Assembly: GCA_047495785.1 (NCBI GenBank)
Contig: JBLDXI010000024.1
Coordinates: 4,278,001-4,342,000, forward strand
Reading direction: 5' to 3'
DNA: 64,000 bases
Source of the DNA: Lepidodermella squamata
Lineage: Eukaryota > Animalia > Gastrotricha
The position numbers were made by a program, and so were the translations under genes. Below, in pieces: positions 12,800 to 25,116 of this stretch. Under the pieces are notes generated by a model. The model ran no database searches. It was not told the DNA's origin and saw only the letters and a list, made by a program, of their open reading frames with translations. Numbering within the stretch: the stretch's first letter is position 1; each line of letters opens with the position of its first letter.

Positions 12800-12966
12800 A
12801 TGCTTGAGTTATTGAAAGGGTTTGATTCGGATTACTAAGCCCTACAACTGACAGAGGACAGAGGGCACCTTCTAGTGTAGAGTTGCAACCAACATCGTCC
12901 CATTCGTAACTGTAGGCGATGTGCATGCAGGTTTGCCCACCGCCACAGCCACCGCCATCTGGTTGT
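12800..12966 (-). pseudogene. C-terminal half of a divergent C-type lectin domain
   Basis: Translates QPDGGGCGGGQTCMHIAYSYEWDDVGCNSTLEGALC, homologous to lectin exon 2 at 14112-14350. Confidence 0.75.
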
Positions 12967-13008
12967 CTGTCACCATTTCAGATGTAAAATTCAATTTTTT
13001 CGACCTAC

Positions 13009-13598
13009 CTCGCGTTTCGCCCGCATTTCACGCTTATTTTAGCCGTTGTGCCACTGCTAGTGCATCTGGTTGTGTCACCGACGCTGAAACTGGAGCCGAC
13101 GCATTCGTCGCCGTCAATCACTGGGTTTGCGCATGTTTCGGCGATTTTAGTTGAACTTCTCGGAACCGTTTAAACAGCACTCAAATAACGTAATGTAATT
13201 TGAGAGAAGTATAGGGACAAACAGCGATTATCCGCGAGCGAGCGTAACGAGCGAGCGCCTTATTTTTTTGACCTCCGAAACCCCTCAATTTTGTAACCCA
13301 TCCCCTCAGACAAAAAGCTGGATAAACCCTTGGTCGTCATGAAAGTAGTTATTACATTATGGTTTGCAGACGATGCCGCTCCGGGCTTACTCGTATTCCG
13401 TGTAACCAGCAGTTTCTTAACAGCGTTTTGAGTGTCCACTGGCCATGGTTTATTCGAGACACGAGCAAACGGAAATGGGCAATTCGAGGCGGCTCTGGTT
13501 GTTGTTCGACTGGCCGCTGCCTTTGTGGTCATCGTGGCAGAGGCTGCGACCACCGAAAAAAGATGAAGCAAAATTTCAGCGAATATCAATGCCCGCAT
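13009..13598 (-). pseudogene. Inverted, internally deleted copy of Sushi-MACPF exon 1 (signal peptide/Thr-rich part 13598 to about 13350; last Sushi part about 13150-13009)
   Basis: MRALIFAEILL...TTKAAASRTTTRAASNCP..ARVSNKPWPVDT matches 27891 onward. 13009-13150 is the reverse complement of about 16588-16724. Confidence 0.8.
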
Positions 13599-13699
13599 GG
13601 CTGAAAATGGTTTGCGATTCAGATGAAAATTGTGGAGCTTAAGCGAACCCGTGAAAGACCTGGCCTTTTATTGCCGCCGTTATGCTTTTTAGCGCCAAT

Positions 13700-13945
13700 A
13701 AGCTTACAGCTTTCATAGGACTAGCAGCCGCTATCAAAGTCTGGGGCATGGTTGCTAAGAAGCCGGCGTTGGAACATCTTCGCTGATTATCTCTTAACAA
13801 TCTCTCCACTTTCCCTATCCGGTTTCTAGTGCAGGTGCACATTTTGGGCTGCGCATGCGTTCCCCCATTCTCCTAATCACCCAAACTGGAACTTTATACT
13901 ATTTTCGAGAAATTATTTGAAAAATGCAACATGAATTGTTGAAGC
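13700..13945 (-). pseudogene. Degenerate fragment of the PKD1-like gene (last EGF and following exon)
   Basis: ataggactagcagccgctatcaaagtctgggg... and the adjacent intron align with about 38530-38770. Confidence 0.75.
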
Positions 13946-14111
13946 TTTGAAGTTTGCCATTGAATCATAGTCTCATCAGTTGTTTTGGATTTATTAGTTT
14001 CTTGGATATAAATTTTTTTGCTGCAGTTACATGTTGATTGTAAAAAGCTGAATTTAAATTTGAAAATCCTAAAATAGCCCCCAATTTAAAATAAGCCACA
14101 AAAGTTAAAAG

Positions 14112-15254
14112 TTATAGTAGTTGGCAGATAGCGCCATCCAAGCTGGTACCGCAGCCAACATCGTCCCAGACACCTGTATGGCTGATACGTGTGCATGTAG
14201 TTCCACCGGCACAGCCGAAACCATCTGGCTGGCCGGGTGGCCAGCTCGAGTAACTGAAAGCAGCGTTGTTGCTTTGCCAACGGAATGCACCATCTCTATT
14301 GATGCCTGCGAGCCAGAACCCATTGCAGCCCCAACCTGGGTTATAATTTGCTGTTTTAACTAAAAAGGATGTTTGCTATAGTCATGTTTAAGACCTCTTG
14401 AAGGATACCTTACCAGCTATGAGAACTCGAACAGCATCTTGCTCTGCAGCATTTGTTATCTCAGCCAGTTTCCCGCCTTTCAGCTTGCAAACCTCTACGG
14501 CACTCAACCAATTCATAGCTTGTTTTCCAAAAAGACCCCTTCTGGGAAACCAAGGCAGCTTTGGCAGCTGCACTTCTCCGCTTCGAATAAGAAAGAAACT
14601 TGGAATAGGCTTCTGAGAGGCAACTTGCATAATCGTACCATATGCCGGATGCTTCCTTAAAGCTTCAAGAAGCTGAGTTTGTGCGTACTGGAATTCTGCG
14701 TCGGAGATCCCGCGAGCTTCGTGGCCAACGACCTCGTGCCAAACATCCGTACCACCGCCCTTCCACCACGGTTGCTTCTTGACGTGCTCGACCACGATTC
14801 TCCTCTGAGCTGTGATAACTGCTTTTGATTCTAGTGCAGTTACCTCTGCGTTGATAGTGCGGTCCGCTGAGCGAGGAGCCTCAACTGCGATGGCAACGAC
14901 GTAGGACATGTCATTCGGGCGAATTTCCTGGGAAAAACGCATGCCACTGTAGTCATCGCTACCGTGCATGAGTTGGGCAGCTCTGTCCAGAAAAGCTGAT
15001 ATTTGAGGGTTGTCCAGCCAGTCTGCTCGAGAAGCTAGTTGTTCAACTAGTTTTTGTTTGATAACTCCTACAGAAGACTGTTCTGCTGCGAGGGAAAACC
15101 TGCCCTCGATCAGTGCCGTAGAAATAGGTCCAATCTCCATAGGAAGATCGTGAGCACTCGTTGAGCTGCTCTTTTTAACCTTCCAACCTGCATTGGCCAG
15201 GCCAAACGTTAACAACACTGCCACTGAGAAAACAGAAAATGAAGCCTTAACCAT
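14112..15254 (-). CDS. Secreted protein: signal peptide + unidentified about 190-aa domain + C-type lectin domain (QPD/WDD); two exons (15254-14414, about 14350-14112); apparently intact
   Basis: Signal peptide MVKASFSVFSVAVLLTFGLANA. CTL start MNWLSAVEVCKLKGGKLAEITNAAEQ. Exon 2 translates ANYNPGWGCNGFWLAGINRDGAFRWQS...WPPGQPD...C...WDDVGC...AICQLL*. The intron is phase 1, gtaag...ag. Confidence 0.85.
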
Positions 15255-15302
15255 GTTTTTACTCGGTTCAATGATCGATTGAATAACCAGAAGCGATGCT
15301 GC

Positions 15303-15309
15303 TTTTATA
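15303..15309 (-). promoter_or_regulatory. Candidate TATA box (TATAAAA) about 50 bp upstream of the lectin gene ATG
   Basis: Perfect consensus at a plausible distance. The equivalent position in the pseudogenised copy (about 26796-26803) is degenerate. Confidence 0.45.
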
Positions 15310-16855
15310 CCTGTGAAAGGCTAAATAAAGGTTTAATTATTCCCATTGTAATTCGACCCACAAAGCTTGCTTTATCTATTGCCTTAATTAAATTCATAGC
15401 GTACGTTAATCATTGTGATGTTCCGTTTTTTCGCCCCTGATTAGCTAGTAAACTGTCAAGTATAAGTAATAGTGTTGAAATGTGATTCATCAATACCGGA
15501 AGTAAAATTTAAATCTGCTAATTAGTTTACATTACCTATGCATATCATTGTTTATGATCACGAACCTCGCATCCGTGCCGTTTTTTATTTATTTTTTAAT
15601 TTTAAAGATTCGGACAACAATTTTCCTACATTCCAAGTCAAGCTGGAATAGCTTTAACCGTGAACTTCTGAAGTCGGAACTTCACTTTTGAAATAAAACA
15701 GCAAATTTTCAGAACCTCCGACTATTGAGTTCAAATGCGTTATACAATCTACTGGGTCGGATTCGGCTGTTGTGATAGAACGGATCTCTTTGTCAAGGTT
15801 GAATCATACTGCCAGTAGTGCTCCAAGCGCTTCAAACACATACTTGCGTGGGGTTGTTGATGATATTAGTTACATTGCTAACAGCCTTTGGCTGAACCGC
15901 AGCAACCCTATACACTCCTGGCACGTTTTCACGTTGCGGAAAAAACCTGCTTGCCATCTGAATGAGCTGTTTTTCGGTTTAGCTCATCACATATATTCTT
16001 GAAGTACGTGGAGCTTATTGAATCATGCTCGTGTTGAAATTTGCCGTAATTTCGATGCTATCCTCGGGGGTCTATGCCGCCTTCCCCCGCCCCCTCATCC
16101 AACAACAACAATGGCCGCTGTTCGAACGATGCCTGGAGCTAACTTATCGCCCAACATATTGTGTGTTGCCACTACAAATTTCCCAACTCCACCGCAAGTT
16201 TCCTGCGCTCGTGTCTCAAATGTACCATGGCCGGTGGACACTGAAAATACAGTTACACAGACTTCTTTCCCAGTCGGGAGTTACGTTTACTACCAAGTAT
16301 TAGACAAAACTAAAAGCAAGCTCGTCGGAAGTGACACCATTCAATGCCAATTGAGCGGAAGGTGGAGCAGAGCTCCGACCTGCGACTTTTGGTGTAACAT
16401 GCCAGTGATCGATGACGGCAACTGTGACGAGGGTGCGCTGAGAGAAAACTCGAATGAATTCCAGATCTCCGAGACTGCAATGTTCCGTTGCAATGAGGGC
16501 TCCACCATGTCTTCGGGGAGCGCCAGCCCTGTCTGTCAAAGCACCGGTGAGTGGGACGATGTGCTTGTATGCGTCAAACGCCGGCAAATCACCGAAACTT
16601 GCGCAAACCCAGTGATTGAGGGCGGCGAATGCGCCGGGTCTAGTTTCAACGTCGGCGACATAGCGACATGCACCTGCAGTGGCACAACAGCTAGAATAAC
16701 TGTGAAGTGCGGACGACATGCTAGGTAGGTCAACATGAAATTTAGTTAAAACTCTGAAATGTGGATTTACTGAACGACAGGTGGACCGGCCTGCCGACCT
16801 GCAGAAAATCCCCCGGGATTAACCAAGACCCAGTAACTACTACAACAGCTCCCGC

Positions 16856-17443
16856 GAGTGCAGACTTTCCCGGTAACCAAAATGCATGCATTTTCCGTGT
16901 GGCGAGGTCCTTGACGAAGAACGCCCCTTGAAGAATGGGGACGCGGGAAGAACTTCTCACGTTGTTTCTGAGGAACAATTTAAAATAGAGAGGAAATTCA
17001 GCTGTAAGACTTAAGACCGGGCATAGAGCGAAGTAGGACCGTGGAACTGGTTGGGATAGCAAAAATCGACATAAGGGTCCCCCTTTGGTCTTTGAATAAA
17101 CTCATCGTACGGACCAATGGAATTGGTAGGGATGATCCCTAGCGTTACTTCGCTCTCTGAGACCGGGATCCGGTGTGAAAAGCTTCAGGGGAATTTAACA
17201 GGAATCAAGTTTCATGGCAGAGAACAAGGTTAAAACACTTAAAATAGCGGAGCGAGCTTTTTCTGACGCCTTTTCAAGCCGAAAATGGGTTAAGGATGCG
17301 TTAAAAGCTGGAAGGTTCTTTAAAAATCTGGAGAATGGAGACACAAGCTACCCAAACCATCGCGAGTTATTTTTGCAGGGACTCCAATAAAATGCAGCGC
17401 AGCGAGAATTTTTTGGTTATCAGGATTTGCACGTTCTGCACTC
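16856..17443. mobile_element. About 590-bp insertion in the Thr-rich exon of copy A with short imperfect inverted termini (gagtgcaga...tctgcactc)
   Basis: Absent from copy B at the equivalent position. The termini and taaccaaaa/ttttggtta motifs are inverted. No clear TSD. Confidence 0.6.
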
Positions 17444-19025
17444 AGTTCATACAACTGCTAATACCATAATAGGATGCGCACCTGGTAGTGCTACAACAAG
17501 TTCCACAGCCTCCTGCTCGCGATCTCTCTCCGTTCGGCCAAGCAACGGCGCTGTTGCCACAACACCCACGCCACGAGGCGCTTCTTCGTCCAGAAGTGGT
17601 CAATTTGGAGCTTTGAGTAAGGCAAATGCAGAGAATACAGGACACCATCTAGTTTGATCATTCATTTATGTATCGCCACACAGCATCTTCTGCGCTGCCA
17701 AATATCCAGTATCTGGGGCTTGGCTATGACATCCTAACAGCAAATCGAAGACCCATGAGAGCTGTAAACAGTGATCTCTTAGGTTACCGGCTTCCTGTCG
17801 TTCGTCTGTCCACTACGGAAGTCCCGGCCTTTGACGGATTCACGGCTCCTGATAACGTTGAAGCATTGAGGCAGCCGACATGTGCTGCTACGTATTCCGG
17901 TGAAATGATAAATGATTTCAAATCATACAAGCAGTCTCGGTCGTGGCAAGCCAGCTCTTCAGGTGGCCTCAGCTTCGGATCGGCGTTCAAATTCAGCGCC
18001 GACTATAGCGAGATGCGCCAATCATTGATGCAGGGCTATTCAGCTAATTCCAGGAAAACGATCGACGCCTGGTCATCCTGCACGTCCTATCAAGGCCGTA
18101 TCAAGGCACTACTGCTGAATAAGGACCAACTCGACGCCGAGTTCAAAATGGCCGTCGCGAAACTGCCAGCTGCAAATTGCGGAAACGCCTATCGTGAATT
18201 TATCGGTATAACTACGGCAGTCACTTTGTAGTTCAAATACAAATGGGTTGGCTTGCTTGGAAGAGATACTCATTCACTAGCACGGCCTGGGCCAGTTTTT
18301 CCAGCTACCTTCAGTCTCAATCATCATCGACTGCCGTAAAAGCCGCTTACAAAGGCTTTGCGTTAGATATGGGCGATACCGACTCGAGAAGCTCATCGGA
18401 CGAGGTGACACAGAAGTTTTTGTCACTGACAGACAAATAGAACACGCTAACAATCGGAACGCGCAACAACATGTCCAATCCATTGCCGGTCGTGGTCAAA
18501 TTAAAGGCGATCGCTGATCTGCTTACGTCAGAATTCTTCCCAACAGACTGCTCGATCGACGCGAAAAGGCAACTGTACCTTTCGGCACTGACGTCCTACT
18601 GCACATCGCTTCAGGTGAATGACGGCTACGGCGCCGATGCAGCGTCTTGCTTTGAAACGCCAAATGACGATAGCTATTCTAAGCTTTACTTGACGTCGGG
18701 CTTTGGGGGTATGAGTGTTAGTGGGTCCTATGCCCGAAGTGGCGTGAACGCTCTGACTGGTGGTTTCAATTGCCCTGGCAATTTCACGGCACGCACTATT
18801 GCAACGGTTAACGCCCAATAAAGGTATCTTCACGGTGTGCAGCTTGCCTTCTGGGGACCCAGCTGGTGTCTTCGGCGGAATGTACCAGACGACTCCTACC
18901 GGCCCGGACGGGTGCAACAATGCCGGATTTGCAGGGTTTTGCCCAGTCCCAGTTATCGATGGAAATACGGTTAATGTTGTGACTGGCGAAGCTTCTTGCC
19001 CAGCCAACTACACTACGATCCAGCT

Positions 19026-19726
19026 CAAAAAAATCTCAAATCTTTATTGTTTACCGTTCGCTTTGCACCTATTATTAGTCATAATGTTTACAAAATTCAG
19101 AATGAGTACAAAGGTGGCAAAGGGAGGCTCGAGCGCAAAGAACAAGGCGTCCGGGACTGCATAAAATTAATTACAGCATGATGCATACAACTGTATGCAT
19201 ACTTAGATACAGGAGGAATGGTACAAAGATTACATGTTCGGCAGGATAGGTAGGAACTCGAGAATATAATGGCGCACTTTGGTAGCAAAAATCAATGTAG
19301 AGTAAATACTGGTGATATTATTAGGTAGTGAGTTCCACAAAGATGTCAGGCGCAAAATAAAGGAACAATGCCGTTGTTTGTAGTTCCACTGAGGACAAAT
19401 TAATTTATTGTTATGACTAGAACGAGTAGTAGAAGTGGACGGGGGATAAATAAATTCATTATGAAGCACAGAAATATGATTATGAATGATTTTGTGGGCT
19501 ATTTGAAGGTCCCTGAACAACCATCTCTGATGAAGTGATTGAATGTTAAATTTTTTCAGCCTTTCCAAGTAACATAAAGGAGCAAAGGGAGGAACTATCA
19601 TTCGAGAAGTAAAATTTTTGAGACATTTTTCCAAGAGAATTTTATCAGAAGCATTAGTGGGGTTCCAAACAGTTGAACAATAAAGGAATAAAGGTAAGAC
19701 ATAAGTATTAAAAGCACTTAAAAGCA
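19026..19726 (-). mobile_element. 5'-truncated non-LTR retrotransposon (CR1/L2-like, C-terminus of ORF2 plus 3' UTR) inserted in MACPF copy A
   Basis: TYVLPLFLYCSTVWNP, YLERLKKFNIQSL, TRSSHNNKL and WNSLP motifs. AATAAA lies near the 3' end. Flanked by direct repeat cagct (19021-19025 / 19727-19731). Confidence 0.88.
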
Positions 19727-20737
19727 CAGCTGCTTCGCTCTTGTGTCTCCTTCACTAACGCTTGCAATAAGCCCATGCCAGGAACGTGTGGCACAAATTG
19801 TTGCAGGAGGATTTTGGGAGTATGCACGAACAGACGCGATAATGACTGTCCTCCGGCTTTGTGCACGCCCAGCTACAACAGCAACGTCTACGCATGTTAC
19901 AAAGATCCTGGACCCAGCAAGATGCCTTGGCTCGGCGGTTTTTTTGCCACTGTCCTGGGCACAAACCCACGAACAGGTTCGTACGGCTGCCCGGTTGGTT
20001 ATATCGCGGTTCTTCTTTTTGAATACACGGATTGCGGCACGTCAACGCCAACACGAGCCTACGCATGCTTGCTAGCCTGAATTGCCACTTTAAAGAAAAC
20101 TGGCAGAATGCAACAACTCGATATCAAATATTGACACTAATAAATAATTGACGGAAATCTACTAAGAGTGTTCATTTTCAAGAAAATAAATGCGGAAAGC
20201 TTTACAATGCATATAATATATCCTTGCTAAGTTTCCTCAAAATAAACATCATTTTATTATGCTGAAATTCGATTCGCAATCTTTGAAAAACTGGTCATCC
20301 ATCAATTGATAGAATTGCCTCGCTAATATGACAGATGACAGCGATATGATGAACCATGAACCAACAAGTTTAACTCTTTAGCTGCTAGGCAACTACGAGT
20401 TTGACCGAATTTGCACGCACGTTAGTTTTTTCGCCGAAAAATTTGTTTACACCAGTGGTTCTCAAACTACTCAAACTACGCTGGCTAGCGAACTTTCCGG
20501 CCGCATTGCCTCTTGAGCACTCAGTCGGCCGTTTTCGGCCTATTTCTGGGCGATTCCGTGACTGTTGCAAATGTCTTACTCTTTCCGCAAAAAAGCAGCC
20601 TTAATTTGATTCCCAAAGAAAACATCAATGCTTGAAGTGACTTGGAAACAATCTACGTTATCTCCCTTATATAAGCCGATGAATTTTTGAACTATATTCG
20701 AACATCAGTATCAATAAAGTCAGTCGTGCGCCAGTTA

Positions 20738-23700
20738 TTAGGATTGACTATTCCATCCTGGCCAGCCTCGGAGACTTGGACTGGACCTTAGCAGCATCCC
20801 AAGCGTACTTCCGATACTAGTTGTAGTTGTCGCAGTTGTAGTTGTCCCAGAGGTCGTCGTCAAATACAAAGGCATCGGGTTAGCCTCAACAGCTCCAACG
20901 GCTCTCAACGCGGATATGGCCCGTGTATTGCCGTATATCAGCGCTAAACCAAGCGGAGAATAGCCGTCGTCATTCAGCGCATTAAAATTAGCTCCAGCAT
21001 CAATCAACTCGCCGACATTCTTTGTGGTTTCTCGAGCTGAGAGGACGTGCAGAACAGTATCCCCCCGGCGAAGGTTTCGATTGATATCGTACCCCTTTTG
21101 AACCAGAAGCTTGGCAAAACCGTTGAACTCGTAGTATTTCCGAATCAGGGTTAGACACGTGTCGTTGTTTTTGTTCTGAGAATTTACGTCCACTCCAGTG
21201 AGATTTGCAAATCGCCTGGCCTTCGTAAGAGACATGTCGTCATTCTCACAAGTCAACAAAAAGGCGTCATTTCCATCATTGTCCACAGCCGTTAAGTCCG
21301 CACCCGAATCGACGAGAAGATCGGCAACATGTCCAGAGCTTTCGCTAGCTGCAATCATTAACGGCGTTTTACCTGTTGAATCACGGTCTTCCAGGTCGAT
21401 GCAAGCAGTTTTGATTAGCAATCTCGCCAGGTCTACGTCATCTACACGAGCAGCTTGATGAAGTAACGTATAGTTTTTGTATCTGTTCGAGGTCGAATAA
21501 ATCCTGGTTTTAACATCGGCACCTTTCAATAACAAATATTCAAAGACTTGGACGCGATCTGGTGATTTCAAGTAAATGGCCGCGACTGCGAGTGGAGTCC
21601 TGCCTTCGGTATCCGTGTCAGAAACAGAATTTCCAGCCTGCTCAATGGCGAATTTCACCATAGGCAGAGCAGGCATCGCGGAGATCCGGCAAGCCTCGAA
21701 AATGATTTGATCCAAATTTTTCGAAGCTCCCTGCGAAAAAAGGAATTTCACGATTTCAAGATTCGTAGCCGTCGCGTCGAGAATCGCCGTTCTTCCGTTC
21801 GCTTCCAAATCGACATCTGCACCGTATTGCACGAGTAATTTAACCAGATCAAGGCGACCTTGTTCAGCTGCAAGCATTAGGGCGGATTTCTTGAACTTTG
21901 GGTGAATCGCATTTGCATCGCCGTCGTTTTCGAGTAGAATCTGAAGCATTTCCAGCGAAGCATTGGTCACACTCAAAGCAGCAGCCACCACCGGGATCGG
22001 TTGGAAGTAAATAAAACTCTCGCAGATTACGTAGTCATAGTGCTGTTCAATTATGAGAGCGTCCCCGCGGGCTTGATTGAGTCGAATCATTTCGCGAACA
22101 GCAGTAACGTTCCCAGCTTTGACGTGTCCCGCAAATATCTGAAGAAGATGCGTAATAAACAGGCAATATTCGGTAGTCATTTTATTGATGGATCTCTGGA
22201 AAACTGATGGTTAACTGCTGGAAATGGTTAAAATCAGCGTTCGAAGTTTGACCAAGGGGCTTAGGGGTGTCCTGTTCCAATTTTTGCCCTGAATATTCGG
22301 AATAAAGGATCTTCAACCGTAACCCTTGGAAGCTTCTAAAATTGATACTCAATTCCCCACAATCGATTTAGTATTGAAATGATCTTTAAGAGAGAACATG
22401 TCCGCCCCGCAGTCATTAGTAGGGGTTGTAGGTCAAGATGACACCCCAACCCAGCCCAACTCAAGTTGACAAGATCACTAGGATGACCCAGGATCTTCTC
22501 TAAGGGGTACAGGAGGCCGCCGGAGGCCCCCGAAAAACCACAGGGGGAGGGGGACCATTTGCTGTCTTTGGCTTGGTCCCAGAAAACAGATGTTAGACCG
22601 CAGAAAATGGTTTAAATCACAGTTCGAAGTTGGACCATGGACCAGGGTGTTCTGTTGTAATTTTGTTCTGTTGTAATTTCGAACTAAAAGGGTTCCGCTC
22701 ATCGATAAATTTGCCTATTGAAATGTAACATACCGAGATGAGCTCATTTTGAGATTCATTCCGCACAGCTTTCATTGCTGATCGGGTAGTAATGCTGGTC
22801 TTCATTGCAGCCGTTGATCTTTTTTTCAAAATTGCTCCAACAATCGGCTGTAGACCATTATCAATTGCCTCGTCGCTAGGCGTCAACGGCCAACTTTTAG
22901 CTGAAGTTATTGCTGCAGACATTGTTGAAAATGTGGATGAACTCGAAACTGTTGATGGCGGAGTGACGCGCGGGTTCCATGCTCTCGTGCCTAACTCACG
23001 GCCTAAGGCAGCGCCTCGTCTTCTCAAATTGCCGATACTGAGTTCATCGTTCCACATTGTCGCGATGTCCAAGGCTGTATCGCCCCTGTCATTCGTTGCA
23101 TTCACATCAACGCCCAAATCGAGCAAGGCCACAAGGGTATGCTCCCGAGCATTCGACGCTGCCGCAGACATGAGTGCGTTATAGCCAGAATCTTCAGACC
23201 TAAGGTTGAAATCGTAGCCTTTACTAGCTAGGTACCGCATAATTTCAACAAGATCCCAGTCATTTATTTGCGCACCACTGCGAAATTGAAGGTAATAGTC
23301 GCAGGCGGCAACTTGCGACCTTGAATTGACGTCATTCTGTCCGATTTCAATGGCAAACTTGATAAAGGTTAAATGACCCAATGCAGTTCGACCAATTTGA
23401 CAGGCTTGCAGCAACATATTATCACCTTCGTAATTCATCGCCTGCGTATCCGCTCCTTGCTGGATCAAGTATTGAAGTAAACCGAGGGAATAGCCGGTTC
23501 TTGTCGCCAACAGCAATGGCGAGTTGCCTTCCTTGTCCATCGCATTAACATCCATCTTGAACTGCTCGACCAGTAATCTAGCGAAAGGTACCGGATCACT
23601 AGTGTCTACCCGGCAAAGTATATGAAGAGCAGTTTGCCCAAGCCTGTTTCTGGAATCAGGCGATTCGAATGGTAACAAGTAGTAAACAAGCCGGAGATAG

Positions 23701-24248
23701 TCTTGAGTGATTTGCCCGTCGAAGGCAACCATCAGCGCCGTTTGAAGTTTGTTGTCTCGAACATCAGTTCTAGCCTTGTATTTTTCGACGAGAAGTCTCG
23801 CTAGATCCAGCCTGCCTACTCTGGCTGCCCAGAGAAATGGAGTTTTTGAATCATCGCGATCATCGATGAGCTCGACAACATGTGTACCGATTCGATACTC
23901 GGAATAGCCGTAACTCCTTGCCTCAACATCTGCGCCATTTCTTAGTAGCAGTTCCACCATTTCGTAGCTCTGATTTGTTCGAATTGCATTCGCTAAAGCT
24001 GGGGCTCGGCTACTTGGTTGGTAAACTGCCGTGGAATTAGCGTTTACAAGACCCGAATTCAACATTTGCTGAACAGTAGAAATTTGGCCCGACATAACAG
24101 CTTGGTTGAAAGCCTAAATCGAACACTTGTAGACTGCTGAAAAATCTGAAAAGGTTCAGAGTCTTACGCTATCGTAATCGATCGCCCGAGCGTAAATCAT
24201 AGTAACCGTGGAACATATTTCGAGAAAAATTACGTAAATGGAAAGCAT
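20738..24248 (-). CDS. Double ankyrin-repeat-array protein with an N-terminal signal-peptide-like exon and Ser/Thr-rich linker and tail; about 953 aa, exons 24248-24168, 24113-22734, 22138-20738
   Basis: Many ankyrin repeats (TPLxxAA, GADV, GDTALDIA). Exon 1 reads MLSIYVIFLEICSTVTMIYARAIDYDS. Phase-0 GT-AG junctions join both large ORFs in frame; they could alternatively be two genes. Confidence 0.72.
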
Positions 24249-24689
24249 TTGTTTTTCACTCTTGGATTATTTTAAAAAAATGCTGCATTCATCGAGACAT
24301 GAATGTTTTTCTGCTATCATTAAACAATAAAAACACGATTTTATTGCGGCATTCAGGTTAGCCATTCTTTCCAGCTCGAGGAATTATATTTTTCTACGTA
24401 ATCACGTGACGCCATTGTGTTCAAGCCATTGTGTTTATATGGTCACCCAGTTATGCAGTTTCGCTAGTGCTTACAGATGTACAATTGTACCCGTGGATCA
24501 CAAACACGTAGAAAGAGGAAAGCATGAGGAAAGCATGAGGAAAGCATCATATAAATTCAAAATTTAAGTAATGACCGAAACATTCGACCAATTGCGCGCA
24601 ATCTCTCTGTATATTCCGTTCTCATGCAATATGCTGTAATCGTTATTGAAAATGAATGATGATTTCAGAGCTACGTGCTACATTGGGAA

Positions 24690-24930
24690 AACCGATACAG
24701 TATATTGGCTTAGGGTGGATTTCCGCTACAGTAAACGAAATCGCTGGCGCGTGGCTCCAGCGAGCATCCGACATCGAACACGTTGTAGTAGCGCTGGATG
24801 ACGCGCTTGCCCAGTACGATTTTGCTCGGAGCAGTGTTAGCATAGATGAAAGGCCTCTGCGAGCGATATTTTTGTGGACTACACGCTGAATGAATAACCG
24901 AGGTATCCCCTGCTCAAAAGTTATACTTCG
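24690..24930 (-). mobile_element. Possible degenerate LTR-retrotransposon integrase (zinc-binding region) fragment, BEL/Pao-like
   Basis: VHKNIARRGLSSMLTLLRAKSYW...TTCSM resembles the H..G...L..LR..YW...C..C pattern, but key residues are lost. Confidence 0.35.
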
Positions 24931-25116
24931 CACGCTACTGTTCAGGTCTCGTTCATCCCATCCTTGTTTTAGTCGCCATTGAATCATAGTCTCATCTGTT
25001 GGTTTATATTATTATTTTAATTCTTGGCGATTATTGTTTTCGCTGCAGTTACTGATGGGTCATACAATCTATATTAAAACTTCCTAAACTAGTCCCACAA
25101 TTACAAGCCACACAAG

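Larger units (their letters stand above)
16025..20080 (+). pseudogene. Sushi(CCP)x3 - Thr-rich - MACPF - perforin-2/MPEG1 P2-like gene, copy A; disrupted
   Basis: Signal peptide (ATG 16025) and Sushi domains are in different frames. There is an about 590-bp insertion, a +2 frameshift at 18207-18210, a TAG at 18438, an 8-bp deletion near 18812 and a LINE insertion. MACPF motif YLGLGYDIL is present; otherwise very similar to copy B. Confidence 0.88.

Noticed and set aside
15255-16024. NF-kB sites in the bidirectional promoter
   Set aside because: No good GGGRNYYYCC match conserved in both copies.
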